Shown here one piece after another: positions 1 through 8,111 of a stretch of 24,000 nucleotides of DNA; position 1 is the first letter of the stretch; every line of letters starts with the position of its first letter. The DNA is taken from NCBI GenBank assembly GCA_004524535.1, contig SDNY01000009.1:25285-49284 (forward strand), in the 5' to 3' direction. The translations under genes were made by a program, and so were the position numbers. The stretch comes from Promethearchaeota archaeon (GTDB lineage Archaea; Asgardarchaeota; Lokiarchaeia; Sigyniarchaeales; SOKP01). The notes under the pieces were generated by a model, which searched no databases, was not told the DNA's origin, and saw only the letters and a program-made list of their open reading frames with translations.

Positions 1-731
1 TGCAATAAAACAAAGTTTACAACACTTCCAAGAGAATATCTAATTTTATCACTTCTTAAACTGTGTTCTACTGCTTCAGATATGGCAATACCTAAACTGC
101 CCGGATGCTCTGGATCCTTTTCTATAAAAACTTTTCCTGATTCAGTAAATCTCGAAGGACTTGCGTGGACTTCCGCATTATATGATCTCATTAAAATCTT
201 TCGACCTGGTTTCTGATTAAAACTTATTCTTACCATGTAAACGGTACATTTAATTCCAAATAAATTGCATCCAAAAGATAAACCAGAACCCCATTGCCCA
301 GCTCCAGTTTCTGTAACCAATTCTTCAAGTCCATCTTTTTTTGCATAATAAGCCTGTGCTATTGCTGTATTTGGTTTATGTGATCCTGTAGGTGAATAAG
401 ATTCGTTTTTATAGAAAATTTTAATATCGTTTCCTTCTATTCCCAATTCTTTTTCTAAACCCAAAGCACGATGAAGTGGAGATGGTCTATAAGTACTTGC
501 ATAAATCTCCCTTAATTCATTAGGAATAGGAATTGTCGGTTCTTGGGAAACTTCTTGGAGAACGCATTCTTTTGGAAATATTGCAAAAGCCATTTCTGGT
601 GGTGCAGGTTTTCCATCCATCGGATTGACTAAAGGCGTCATAGGAGAGGGTAAATCAGGTAAGATATTTACCCATTCCTTGGGCACTTCATTTGGTTGTA
701 ATAAAATTCTCGAATTAAAATAATTTACCAT
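1..731 (-). CDS. trpB2: TrpB-like PLP-dependent enzyme (tryptophan synthase beta chain, TrpB2 type). Only the N-terminal ~243 codons are present; the gene runs off the left edge.
   Basis: Reverse-strand translation from the ATG at 731-729 stays open to position 1: MVNYFNSRILLQPNEVPKEW...FYKNESYSPTGSHKPNTAIAQAYYAKKDGLEELVTETGAGQWGSGLSFGCNLFGIKCTVYMVRISFNQKPGRKILMRSYNAEVHASPS...YSLGSVVNFVLL. It contains the PLP-lysine block TGSHK and the ETGAGQWG block typical of TrpB2. It is absent from the ORF track, presumably because it is truncated. Confidence 0.85.
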   Translation of the reverse strand, partial: MVNYFNSRILLQPNEVPKEWVNILPDLPSPMTPLVNPMDGKPAPPEMAFAIFPKECVLQEVSQEPTIPIPNELREIYASTYRPSPLHRALGLEKELGIEGNDIKIFYKNESYSPTGSHKPNTAIAQAYYAKKDGLEELVTETGAGQWGSGLSFGCNLFGIKCTVYMVRISFNQKPGRKILMRSYNAEVHASPSRFTESGKVFIEKDPEHPGSLGIAISEAVEHSLRSDKIRYSLGSVVNFVLL

Positions 732-1014
732 TGTAATTACCAATTAATTTATTTTTTCCATATTTTAGATGTGTGTCATTATAATATTGGAAATCAATAA
801 TTATTATAGTAAAAAAGATTTAATGTAATTTAAAAATAATTAACAAAATTATTGTAAACTTCTCAACTATGAAAAAAAAATATTAAGTAAGTAAAACACA
901 ATTAGTCTAAAACATAAATGAACTTACATTACGGGCAGAAAAAAATAGTTTAAGGTGAATTAATTTAGAAGTTAACAGAATATTTGCAATATTAAATTTT
1001 AGTTTTTAATTAAT

Positions 1015-1419
1015 TTATCTTCCTTCGAATATTTTAGCGAGATTTTTCGCTGCAATTCTCGTAACTTTTACAGTCTTCATTAATGTGTCAATAACAGTTC
1101 CAGCACATACAATTACTAAGCGACCTGCGTTTGTGATAACAATATATCCATCCTCAGCTCTTACAATGACTTCACTTAAATCTTCTTCAAATAATCTTTG
1201 AATTGTTGATCTTCCTGTCATTAAGAGGGCGCTAGCAAGACCACAAAACTGATCTCCATCCACATGATATTGTGGCAGAGCAGAAAAGGCAATTTGGTAT
1301 CCCTCTTGTGACACAAGAGCAATAGCCTCAATATCTGCGTTTGAAGTTATAAATGTAATTTGAGGGCTGATTTTTTCAATATCATCGTTTGTAATTCCCA
1401 AGTCGCTACCGAACTGCAT
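1015..1419 (-). CDS. Roadblock/LC7 (MglB-like) domain protein
   Basis: 134-aa single-domain ORF. The pattern ADIEAIALVSQEGYQIAFS ... GLASALLMTGRSTIQRL ... LSEVIVRAEDGYIVITNAGRLVIVCAGTVIDTL fits the Roadblock/LC7 alpha-beta-beta-alpha-beta-beta-beta-alpha family consensus as I recall it. Not verified by search. Confidence 0.75.
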   Translation of the reverse strand: MQFGSDLGITNDDIEKISPQITFITSNADIEAIALVSQEGYQIAFSALPQYHVDGDQFCGLASALLMTGRSTIQRLFEEDLSEVIVRAEDGYIVITNAGRLVIVCAGTVIDTLMKTVKVTRIAAKNLAKIFEGR

Positions 1420-1696
1420 TTTTTCATCATATTTTTTTATTTATTTTAAAAAAAAATAAGTTAATACTGTTATAGAAATAATCATAATCTAATATAATTT
1501 TATTTTTTTTTAATTTTTACCTTTCAATTTTGTATTTTTTAAATTGTCCAAAAAAACCATTAAAATTATATAAATTTAAAATTATATTAAATCTAAAAAA
1601 GGAATGTAAAACAATTCCTAGTATTTTTTTATACCTTTTACAAAAATACTTAATTAAAATATTTTATAATTTAGAATCTGTTATAAGTAGTAAATT

Positions 1697-4003
1697 ATGA
1701 TAACAACTAGAGAATCTATTAATTATCAATTTTCTTTAATTTTTGGATATTCATCTCCAAATGATTTAATAGCAGGAGATATAATTGGTCCTGGTAAATT
1801 AACAAAAGATAGAGTAAAAGCGCTTTCAATAGAAGTTTTGAAATTTTTTAGAATGTATAATGCAATGCTAAGAGACTATACCGGATCTGAAATTTTTAGT
1901 ATCGAGTTCTCATTGCATAACATTGATGAGAAAGATGCTCAGATGAAAATATATCCTAAATCAATGATCTTTATTCCGGGTAAATATAAAGAATGTGAAA
2001 GTTTATTACTTGCTTTAAAACCTGAAACAGGAGTTTTAAATACTCATAGATCTAGAAAAGAATTAATTAAGATAAGTAATCTATTTTTTGAAGTTGAAGA
2101 ATTTATTAATCGCCCTGATTTAGAAAGAAAAGAAAAAGAACAAATAATTAACGAGTTTGCTGCTCGTTTTAGCATGAAACTTTATGGAAAATTAATTGAA
2201 GATAAATGGAATAAGAAATTAATAGGATTTAGCACATCACTTCCAACAGAGAAAGAAATGTTAGATACATTTGCTTCAATAAAGTCTAAAATGGAAATAA
2301 TATGGTATAATAGACCATATGAGATGATAATTTCAGATTCAAAATTTGAAAAAATAAAAACACCATTTAAAGAGCAAACTGCTATTGATCATCTTAAATT
2401 TTCAATATCAGCACCTAGTGCTAATTTTGTTATCGAAAAGACTTTTATACTTGGTACAAATCTTATAGATCTGGCTAATACTGGTACAATAGACGAATCT
2501 CAAGAGGAGATTATTTCTTATCTTATCGGTTATTTGGAAGATAAAATTAGTAATGTTAAAGAAAAATGGTCAGTAAAAAGTCTTATTTCAGAAATCACAA
2601 AGATTTTAAGCGATTTAAAGAGTATTTTTAATAAATTTTTCGGATACTCTAATGATTTTCTAACTACTGGAGAAATAGGTACCTTAACTGAACTTTTAGG
2701 TAAATATAAACAGTTTATTTTAGAAAAAGGAATACTAGAAAACAAAAATTTCGAGGACTTTTGTAATTTAGCAATTAATTCTATTAAGCAATCAATTATT
2801 AAAATTGAAAAGTTAAGGGTAATTGAATTAAAATCAGTAATATATTATTTTTCAGAGCGATTTAAAAATAGTATCTTGTTAATTAAGGAGGCATTACCAA
2901 AATATCTTTCTCGGAGAATGTTAAAGACATCAACTATAGAATTTATAAAAGAAATAAAAGAAATTTTACAAGAAGAACAGAACCCAGTGAAAATTTTAAG
3001 TAATAAATATTTAGAAAAATTTTACTCATATCTTCTTAATCAAATTGAAATAAACCCCTTGATTTCAAAAAAAGATTTCAAATTTAATGAGGAAAAGTTG
3101 ATAAAAGAATTTTCAGATTTAATAAAAAGAAGTTATCAAAATTTTTTTGATACAATTGATTTAAATATTACTGATTTAGTCTCGTTTGCTGAGGTTTTAA
3201 TGGAAAAAGATCGAAAAGTAATTAAATCACATATAGAAAAATTTAAAAAATATTCAGCTGAATTACATTTTTTATTAAGCTACATTTTGAGATATACAAC
3301 AATTAATCGTTATTTAAAAGAGGAATCCGATGAGGAGATATCTGATCCTGTTACTTTTGCTAATAGATTTCATCGTTTTCTGGAAAAACGAATGGGTGGA
3401 ATTGATTTAGCATGGAAATCCTACATACTTGAATGGATAAAAGATTATGCAAAAATTTTTTTTAAAACTGAAGAACAAAAAGATTGGAACTTAAAAGAAA
3501 CTTATAATAATTTTATTAACTACTTGGAGGATAAAGAATCAAGCGAACAAGAATTAGAGAAATTTTTAGAATTTTTAGATGGCTATATTGCTAAAATACC
3601 TAATGAAATAGAAAAAAGGCACTTATTAGAATTTTTTAGGCAATTCGATTTTTGTATTAAAAATAAATTAGAATTCCCTAAATACTTAAAGAATAAAATA
3701 GAAGAAAAGATAAAATCATTAGATCCTAAACTCGAAGAATTAATTCCAGTTAAATTTTTTTATATTGAAAACGATAGTTTTTTCAAGTACTTACGTGAGA
3801 GGGAGTTAAAATATCTTTCAAAACTTATCCCTCAACCTACTACGTTAATATTAAAACATAATTTAACGAATGAAGAAAAAGAATTGTTTAATGCTGATCT
3901 CTTCCATGTTTTTAATTTTAGATTTTGGGGAAAAGATAATGTTAAAATAGAATTAGCAGATAATTTTAAAGAAGTTCATCGTGAATGGGTGAAAGAATTG
4001 TGA
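1697..4003 (+). CDS. Hypothetical large protein (768 aa), predicted mostly alpha-helical, no recognisable domain
   Basis: A 2.3-kb stop-free frame in very AT-rich DNA. The start is preceded by an AT-rich TATA-like tract (ttttataa at about 1663-1670). The 3' end overlaps the next ORF by 19 nt. No Walker A motif, TM segment or Cys/His cluster seen. Confidence 0.85.
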   Translation: MITTRESINYQFSLIFGYSSPNDLIAGDIIGPGKLTKDRVKALSIEVLKFFRMYNAMLRDYTGSEIFSIEFSLHNIDEKDAQMKIYPKSMIFIPGKYKECESLLLALKPETGVLNTHRSRKELIKISNLFFEVEEFINRPDLERKEKEQIINEFAARFSMKLYGKLIEDKWNKKLIGFSTSLPTEKEMLDTFASIKSKMEIIWYNRPYEMIISDSKFEKIKTPFKEQTAIDHLKFSISAPSANFVIEKTFILGTNLIDLANTGTIDESQEEIISYLIGYLEDKISNVKEKWSVKSLISEITKILSDLKSIFNKFFGYSNDFLTTGEIGTLTELLGKYKQFILEKGILENKNFEDFCNLAINSIKQSIIKIEKLRVIELKSVIYYFSERFKNSILLIKEALPKYLSRRMLKTSTIEFIKEIKEILQEEQNPVKILSNKYLEKFYSYLLNQIEINPLISKKDFKFNEEKLIKEFSDLIKRSYQNFFDTIDLNITDLVSFAEVLMEKDRKVIKSHIEKFKKYSAELHFLLSYILRYTTINRYLKEESDEEISDPVTFANRFHRFLEKRMGGIDLAWKSYILEWIKDYAKIFFKTEEQKDWNLKETYNNFINYLEDKESSEQELEKFLEFLDGYIAKIPNEIEKRHLLEFFRQFDFCIKNKLEFPKYLKNKIEEKIKSLDPKLEELIPVKFFYIENDSFFKYLRERELKYLSKLIPQPTTLILKHNLTNEEKELFNADLFHVFNFRFWGKDNVKIELADNFKEVHREWVKEL

Positions 4004-6402
4004 TTACTGGGATAAAAAGAAAAACTACGGCTATAGAAAGTACATTTAGATTTTTTCAAACTGTTGATTTAATAATTAATCACTTTAAAAGAGAGGCGGA
4101 CAAACAGAAAATATATGAATTAACTGATTCATTTAATAAAGAAACAACTCTTAAAGATTTTTTAATTGCTACAGCCTCCATTCATTTATACCATAATATA
4201 GGTATCAGAGTTGAAGAAAGCAATGAAATAGACCAAATGACAGTTGATTCGACTAAGAATTTGGAGATTTTGGAAAAAAAAATATTATTTGACGAATTAA
4301 GTTTAATTCTAAAAGATTCCTTAAATTTAGAAATAGATCTTCTTAATAGATTAATTAATTTAGAAAATAAAGTTATATCTTTTTTAATTGAAGAAAGGAA
4401 ATCAACCTTAAAAGATCTTGAAAAAAAACGCATGATAAAAGCAATAGAAGATCGTATTGAACAAGATTTAATAGAGATTGTATTAAAATATCCTCCATTC
4501 TACTTTTACGATTTAATTGGTGATTTAATTGGTTTCACAGATAAGATCAAATTAGAGATATTAGATGAAAGTTCTGCTTTTAAAGACTTGTCTATTGAGT
4601 TAGAAAAGAAATTAAAAGGGAAAGAGAAGGAAGATAAAGTCATTGAACTATCTACTCTGAACAGATTAATTGAGAAAATTCAGACAATTTTTGAATTTAA
4701 ATCTTACAAAGAATTACAAACGCAAGCTATGCCTGTAAGGATGATTAAACGAAAAGTGATGGAGTATAATCTTAACCGTTTTCCAATTTCTATTCCCGGC
4801 TTAAATACCTTTCTAAAGGCAAATAATATAAAAAAACAACTAATTGAAAAAATTGGTATAGCTCTTAAAGAAAAAATTAATTACGAGCAATTTGAAAAAG
4901 ATACGTTATTGTTTTTAAAGTCAGAAATAATCAAACAACTCAAAACAAATCCAAATGATTTTATATACTTTCTGCAAAATTTAAATGAAAGCAGTTTCAG
5001 AGAAATAATTTATATGCTAAATAAATACGGACTCTATAATATTTTACACCTAATTAATGCGGATGATAACTTAATACAAAAAATTAAACAAAATATGATT
5101 AGGTACAATATTGACAAATTTAATATAGTTGATTTAAATAAAGAAGAGAAAAATTTAATTTTCCTAGCTAAAAACGCCATAAGTACTTTAGATGTTCCAT
5201 CCCTCAACAACATAAGAAAAAAATTTGATGATTTAGACGAGATTAATTTATTGAAATTATTAAACCAAGATTATAAGGCGCTCGATGAATTATGGAAAAT
5301 AATAGAAGAAAAAATAGGATGTTCGATTAATGATTTTCGCGAATACGTAAGAAAAAAAGAAATAATTGATCGAGTTTTTCTTCAAGATTTAAAATTAAAC
5401 TCCTATTCGCAGATTTTAACTCTCTTAAATTTTGAAGAAATTATTAATAATTTAACGAAGCAAATTTATTTTTATATCTTTTCAAAAATTGTAAGACAAA
5501 TTAGTAGAATTATTGAAATTTATTTAAAAATTTCTAATGAAAAAGCATTGTTCCTTCTTGCCTTAAAAAAAATGGATGGGACGACAGAGTCCGAAAAGTG
5601 GATTTGGATTAAACTAGAAGAGCTAATTATCGTCCGAATAATAGCAATGCAAAAAGAACTAGTTGTAATTTTTAATGCTTTAAATCAACCATTTTTAGTA
5701 AATGGGTTTATTTTTGCTAGATTGACAAACTTATCTTTAAATGAGGGCATAAATGAATTTAAAGAAAAACCAAGTCTAATTTTTGAAAAAATTAAACCAT
5801 TAAGGTTAAATGCAGATATAATTTCTCCAGTTTCTTACTGTATTGCTTATGATTTAATTAAAAAATTTGAACAGGTTGAGGAAAAACGTAAATTAAAAGT
5901 TATACAGATCATAGAATCTAAAGAAAAAGAAAAAGAAAAGAAAAAAGAAGAAATTAGAAAAAAACAAGAAATTAATACTTTAAATTGGATTGAAAGAAGA
6001 ATAACCTCTTCGCTTATGAGAATAAATAGTCCAGGTATCAATCCAAATCAGTTGTATTGGCAAGAAAAAGATACAAAAACGGCTATTGATAACATTAAAC
6101 TTCATAGCGAATTAAAAGGAAATACTCTTGATTTATTTTCTGAATTTTTTCATTTTGCTGTTGAAAAAATTAAATTATTTGCCAAAGAAATGAAATTGCC
6201 TAACTATGAGATCATAAACAATATTGTAGTTGATATTTCTGAAAAAATATTAGAGGGAAGATTGGGGCATGCTCCCTCATCTCAAGAAATAGAAACTATG
6301 CTTGAAGGGGAAAGGTTTGAAATAGCAAAACAAATTTCTATTAGAATTGGGAAGATGTTAGATAAAGCTTTATATTCCAAATTTAAAAAAAAGGGAAGAT
6401 AG
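3985..6402 (+). CDS. Hypothetical large protein (805 aa), predicted mostly alpha-helical with a poly-Lys/Glu tract, no recognisable domain
   Basis: A 2.4-kb stop-free frame. The ATG at 3985 directly follows an in-frame TGA (3982-3984) and lies inside the last codons of the upstream ORF (stop 4001-4003), which indicates translational coupling. A KEKEKEKKKEEIRKKQE low-complexity tract lies at about 5920-5970. Confidence 0.85.
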   Translation: MGERIVITGIKRKTTAIESTFRFFQTVDLIINHFKREADKQKIYELTDSFNKETTLKDFLIATASIHLYHNIGIRVEESNEIDQMTVDSTKNLEILEKKILFDELSLILKDSLNLEIDLLNRLINLENKVISFLIEERKSTLKDLEKKRMIKAIEDRIEQDLIEIVLKYPPFYFYDLIGDLIGFTDKIKLEILDESSAFKDLSIELEKKLKGKEKEDKVIELSTLNRLIEKIQTIFEFKSYKELQTQAMPVRMIKRKVMEYNLNRFPISIPGLNTFLKANNIKKQLIEKIGIALKEKINYEQFEKDTLLFLKSEIIKQLKTNPNDFIYFLQNLNESSFREIIYMLNKYGLYNILHLINADDNLIQKIKQNMIRYNIDKFNIVDLNKEEKNLIFLAKNAISTLDVPSLNNIRKKFDDLDEINLLKLLNQDYKALDELWKIIEEKIGCSINDFREYVRKKEIIDRVFLQDLKLNSYSQILTLLNFEEIINNLTKQIYFYIFSKIVRQISRIIEIYLKISNEKALFLLALKKMDGTTESEKWIWIKLEELIIVRIIAMQKELVVIFNALNQPFLVNGFIFARLTNLSLNEGINEFKEKPSLIFEKIKPLRLNADIISPVSYCIAYDLIKKFEQVEEKRKLKVIQIIESKEKEKEKKKEEIRKKQEINTLNWIERRITSSLMRINSPGINPNQLYWQEKDTKTAIDNIKLHSELKGNTLDLFSEFFHFAVEKIKLFAKEMKLPNYEIINNIVVDISEKILEGRLGHAPSSQEIETMLEGERFEIAKQISIRIGKMLDKALYSKFKKKGR

Positions 6403-6511
6403 CCATTAAGGAGTTATAATAAAAAAGAGAAAAATAATAAAGATATTAAAAATATCCAAACTTAATCTATTTACAAAATAAAGCAATTTTATACATAATC
6501 TATAATAAAAA

Positions 6512-6766
6512 ATGTCGTGGATTAAAAAGCAAATACAATATTTAATAGAATCTATATGGCAGATGATCCAAGGGTTTATTTTATTTTCCCTGGCGTTCTC
6601 TGGTTTAGGATGTGCGCTATTATTAAGGCATGTTGGATATAATGGAATCGTTATTTCTGGGGTTAGTATTGTTGTTGAGGGAATTGCATTAGTTTTATGT
6701 TATTTCTTATTTAAGCGTTATTTAAAAATAGAAGAAATTAAAGTACCTGAGTCAAAAAAAAAGTAA
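6512..6766 (+). CDS. Small membrane protein (84 aa, two predicted TM helices)
   Basis: Two hydrophobic stretches (GFILFSLAFSGLGCALLL and GIVISGVSIVVEGIALVLCYFLF) followed by a charged tail. Same strand as the two giant ORFs and 109 nt downstream of them. Confidence 0.55.
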   Translation: MSWIKKQIQYLIESIWQMIQGFILFSLAFSGLGCALLLRHVGYNGIVISGVSIVVEGIALVLCYFLFKRYLKIEEIKVPESKKK

Positions 6767-6787
6767 GATTAATATTTTTCATTTATT

Positions 6788-7522
6788 CTACACAAGATTC
6801 TCCCAATTTCTTTTTATTTTATGAGAGATTAGATAATCTTTAATATCATTCAATAGGATTTCTGGATTATATTCCCAGGCTTCGTATTTATTAAATGAAA
6901 TACATTTTAAATGTTTTATTTGGAGAATTTGTTTAATTAAAAGCCCATAAACAGCTACTTGTGGAAGTGAGACTATAAAATTACCCTCTGGCTTATAATC
7001 TATTATTTTTATCATGTTATTTTGAATTTGAATCAAATCAATATGTCCTGTAATGTTTATACCATTTTTAGTCATCCAGATTGGAACCTCAATAGCTATA
7101 GAGTCCTTATCCTTAATTAAGATATTTTTTAAAATAGGATTATGCCCCGGTTTCTTATTTAACTGATTTCTATGAAATGCATTGTATACTTTTTGAGCAT
7201 AATTTGGTAATTTGGTGTTTGAGTCAAATTTTATAATCTTCCCTGAACGAATTAAGTTCTTACTAAAACTCCTCAGAAATGCATTATTAAGACCTCTAAT
7301 CTTAAATTGAGAAACTCTAGGAAGATCCTTTCTGTTAAATAAATTATTTGGTATTACCCCTTGATAGACTTTTTTAAGATAGATTCCAAGTTTTCTATAC
7401 TCTTCTTGATTAGAATTTAATTGATTAAGTTTTTCTTTATGGTTTTTTAGATTCCAATTAAAACTATATTTAATATTTTGATGATAAAAATCACGATGCT
7501 TTAGCATTGATTTTGAAACCAT
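6788..7522 (-). CDS. PD-(D/E)xK nuclease, RecB/Cas4-like core without a Cys cluster
   Basis: The C-terminal half carries the ordered motifs E (IAIEVPIW), D (ITGHIDLIQ), D-x-K (IKIIDYKPEG) and QxxxY (LPQVAVYGLL). This is the canonical RecB-family nuclease motif set. The four Cas4 Fe-S cysteines are absent. Confidence 0.65.
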   Translation of the reverse strand: MVSKSMLKHRDFYHQNIKYSFNWNLKNHKEKLNQLNSNQEEYRKLGIYLKKVYQGVIPNNLFNRKDLPRVSQFKIRGLNNAFLRSFSKNLIRSGKIIKFDSNTKLPNYAQKVYNAFHRNQLNKKPGHNPILKNILIKDKDSIAIEVPIWMTKNGINITGHIDLIQIQNNMIKIIDYKPEGNFIVSLPQVAVYGLLIKQILQIKHLKCISFNKYEAWEYNPEILLNDIKDYLISHKIKRNWENLV

Positions 7523-7785
7523 TAAAGCTTTTAATTGATTTGAGCTTCTTGAATTAATTAATTTATTTATTTTAATAAAGGTAATATATTAACATTTTAT
7601 TAATTTCTTAAGAGATTTTAAAATCTTTTCGTTGATACTAACAATATAATTAATAATTTTAGCAGAAAATAGAATTACATTAAAAACATAATTCTAAGAT
7701 TTTTTAGCATCGTTTAAACATAATAAAATTTATAGATTTCAGTTGATTTCTAATAATAAGGAATAAATTATTGAAAAAAAGTGGT

Positions 7786-7860
7786 GGGCCTATAGCCAAG
7801 CCTGGATATGGCGTCGGACTTCTAATCCGAAGATCGCAGGTTCGAATCCTGCTAGGCCCG
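7786..7860 (+). tRNA. tRNA-Arg (anticodon UCU)
   Basis: Manual cloverleaf. Acceptor GGGCCTA/TAGGCCC. D arm GCCA-AGCCTGGATA-TGGC. Anticodon arm TCGGA-CTTCTAA-TCCGA with TCT at 7821-7823. Variable loop AGATC. T arm GCAGG-TTCGAAT-CCTGC. Discriminator G at 7860. No encoded CCA. The gene is a GC-rich island in AT-rich DNA. Confidence 0.92.
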
Positions 7861-7878
7861 CTAAAGAGATTCCAAAGA

Positions 7879-7884
7879 TTTTTT
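7879..7884 (+). terminator. Oligo-T tract (T6) 19 nt downstream of tRNA-Arg, a candidate archaeal terminator
   Basis: tttttt at 7879-7884, followed by further T-runs (7908-7920). Archaeal RNA polymerase terminates at oligo-T. Specificity is low in a genome this AT-rich. Confidence 0.3.
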
Positions 7885-8111
7885 AAATAACTTTCAATTT
7901 TTCTTTTTCTTTAATATTGATGCACCATTTCAATGGTCGTATTATATTTTAGATTAAATATATTGACATTATATATTAATTATAAAAATGCAGTAATTTA
8001 GAAAAATAGACAATAATTATAATTCTAAATTACTAATTAATTATTAATTAAAAAGAATTATTTTTTAATCATTTGAAGCAATTTTTAACTTATTGAGGTG
8101 CTTTTTGAAAC

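Noticed and set aside
1600-1631. Hairpin AGGAAT-gtaaaaca-ATTCCT followed by T7, resembling an intrinsic terminator
   Set aside because: The stem is only 6 bp and AT-rich. No upstream plus-strand gene is present for it to terminate. Such short inverted repeats plus T-runs are expected by chance in this composition.
1787-1804. GPGKLT in the 768-aa protein as a possible Walker A / P-loop
   Set aside because: It does not fit GxxxxGK[ST] in spacing, and Leu occupies the Ser/Thr position. No Walker B-like hhhhD/E follows.
2530-2745. 71-aa ORF antisense to the 768-aa gene
   Set aside because: It lies wholly inside a much longer, clearly coding ORF on the opposite strand. Its low-complexity S/L/K/F composition is typical of a shadow frame of K/E/N-rich coding sequence.
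3982-4003. Possible programmed -1 frameshift fusing the 768-aa and 805-aa ORFs into one ~1570-aa protein
   Set aside because: In the downstream frame a TGA stop (3982-3984) lies immediately before the ATG. I see no slippery heptamer or downstream structure in the 19-nt overlap. Ordinary start/stop-overlap coupling explains the arrangement.
4182-4433. 83-aa ORF antisense to the 805-aa gene
   Set aside because: Shadow ORF inside a long coding region. No start context or motif.
5847-6041. 64-aa ORF antisense to the 805-aa gene
   Set aside because: This is the complement of the poly-Lys/Glu tract, which gives poly-Phe/Ser. It is an artefact of low-complexity sequence.
7523-8111. tRNA-Arg as the attachment site of an integrated element or defence island
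   Set aside because: No integrase or recombinase gene lies on either side. I did not spot a direct repeat of the tRNA 3' half elsewhere in the window. The composition of flanking genes looks like the rest of the window. A formal repeat search would be needed to exclude it fully.
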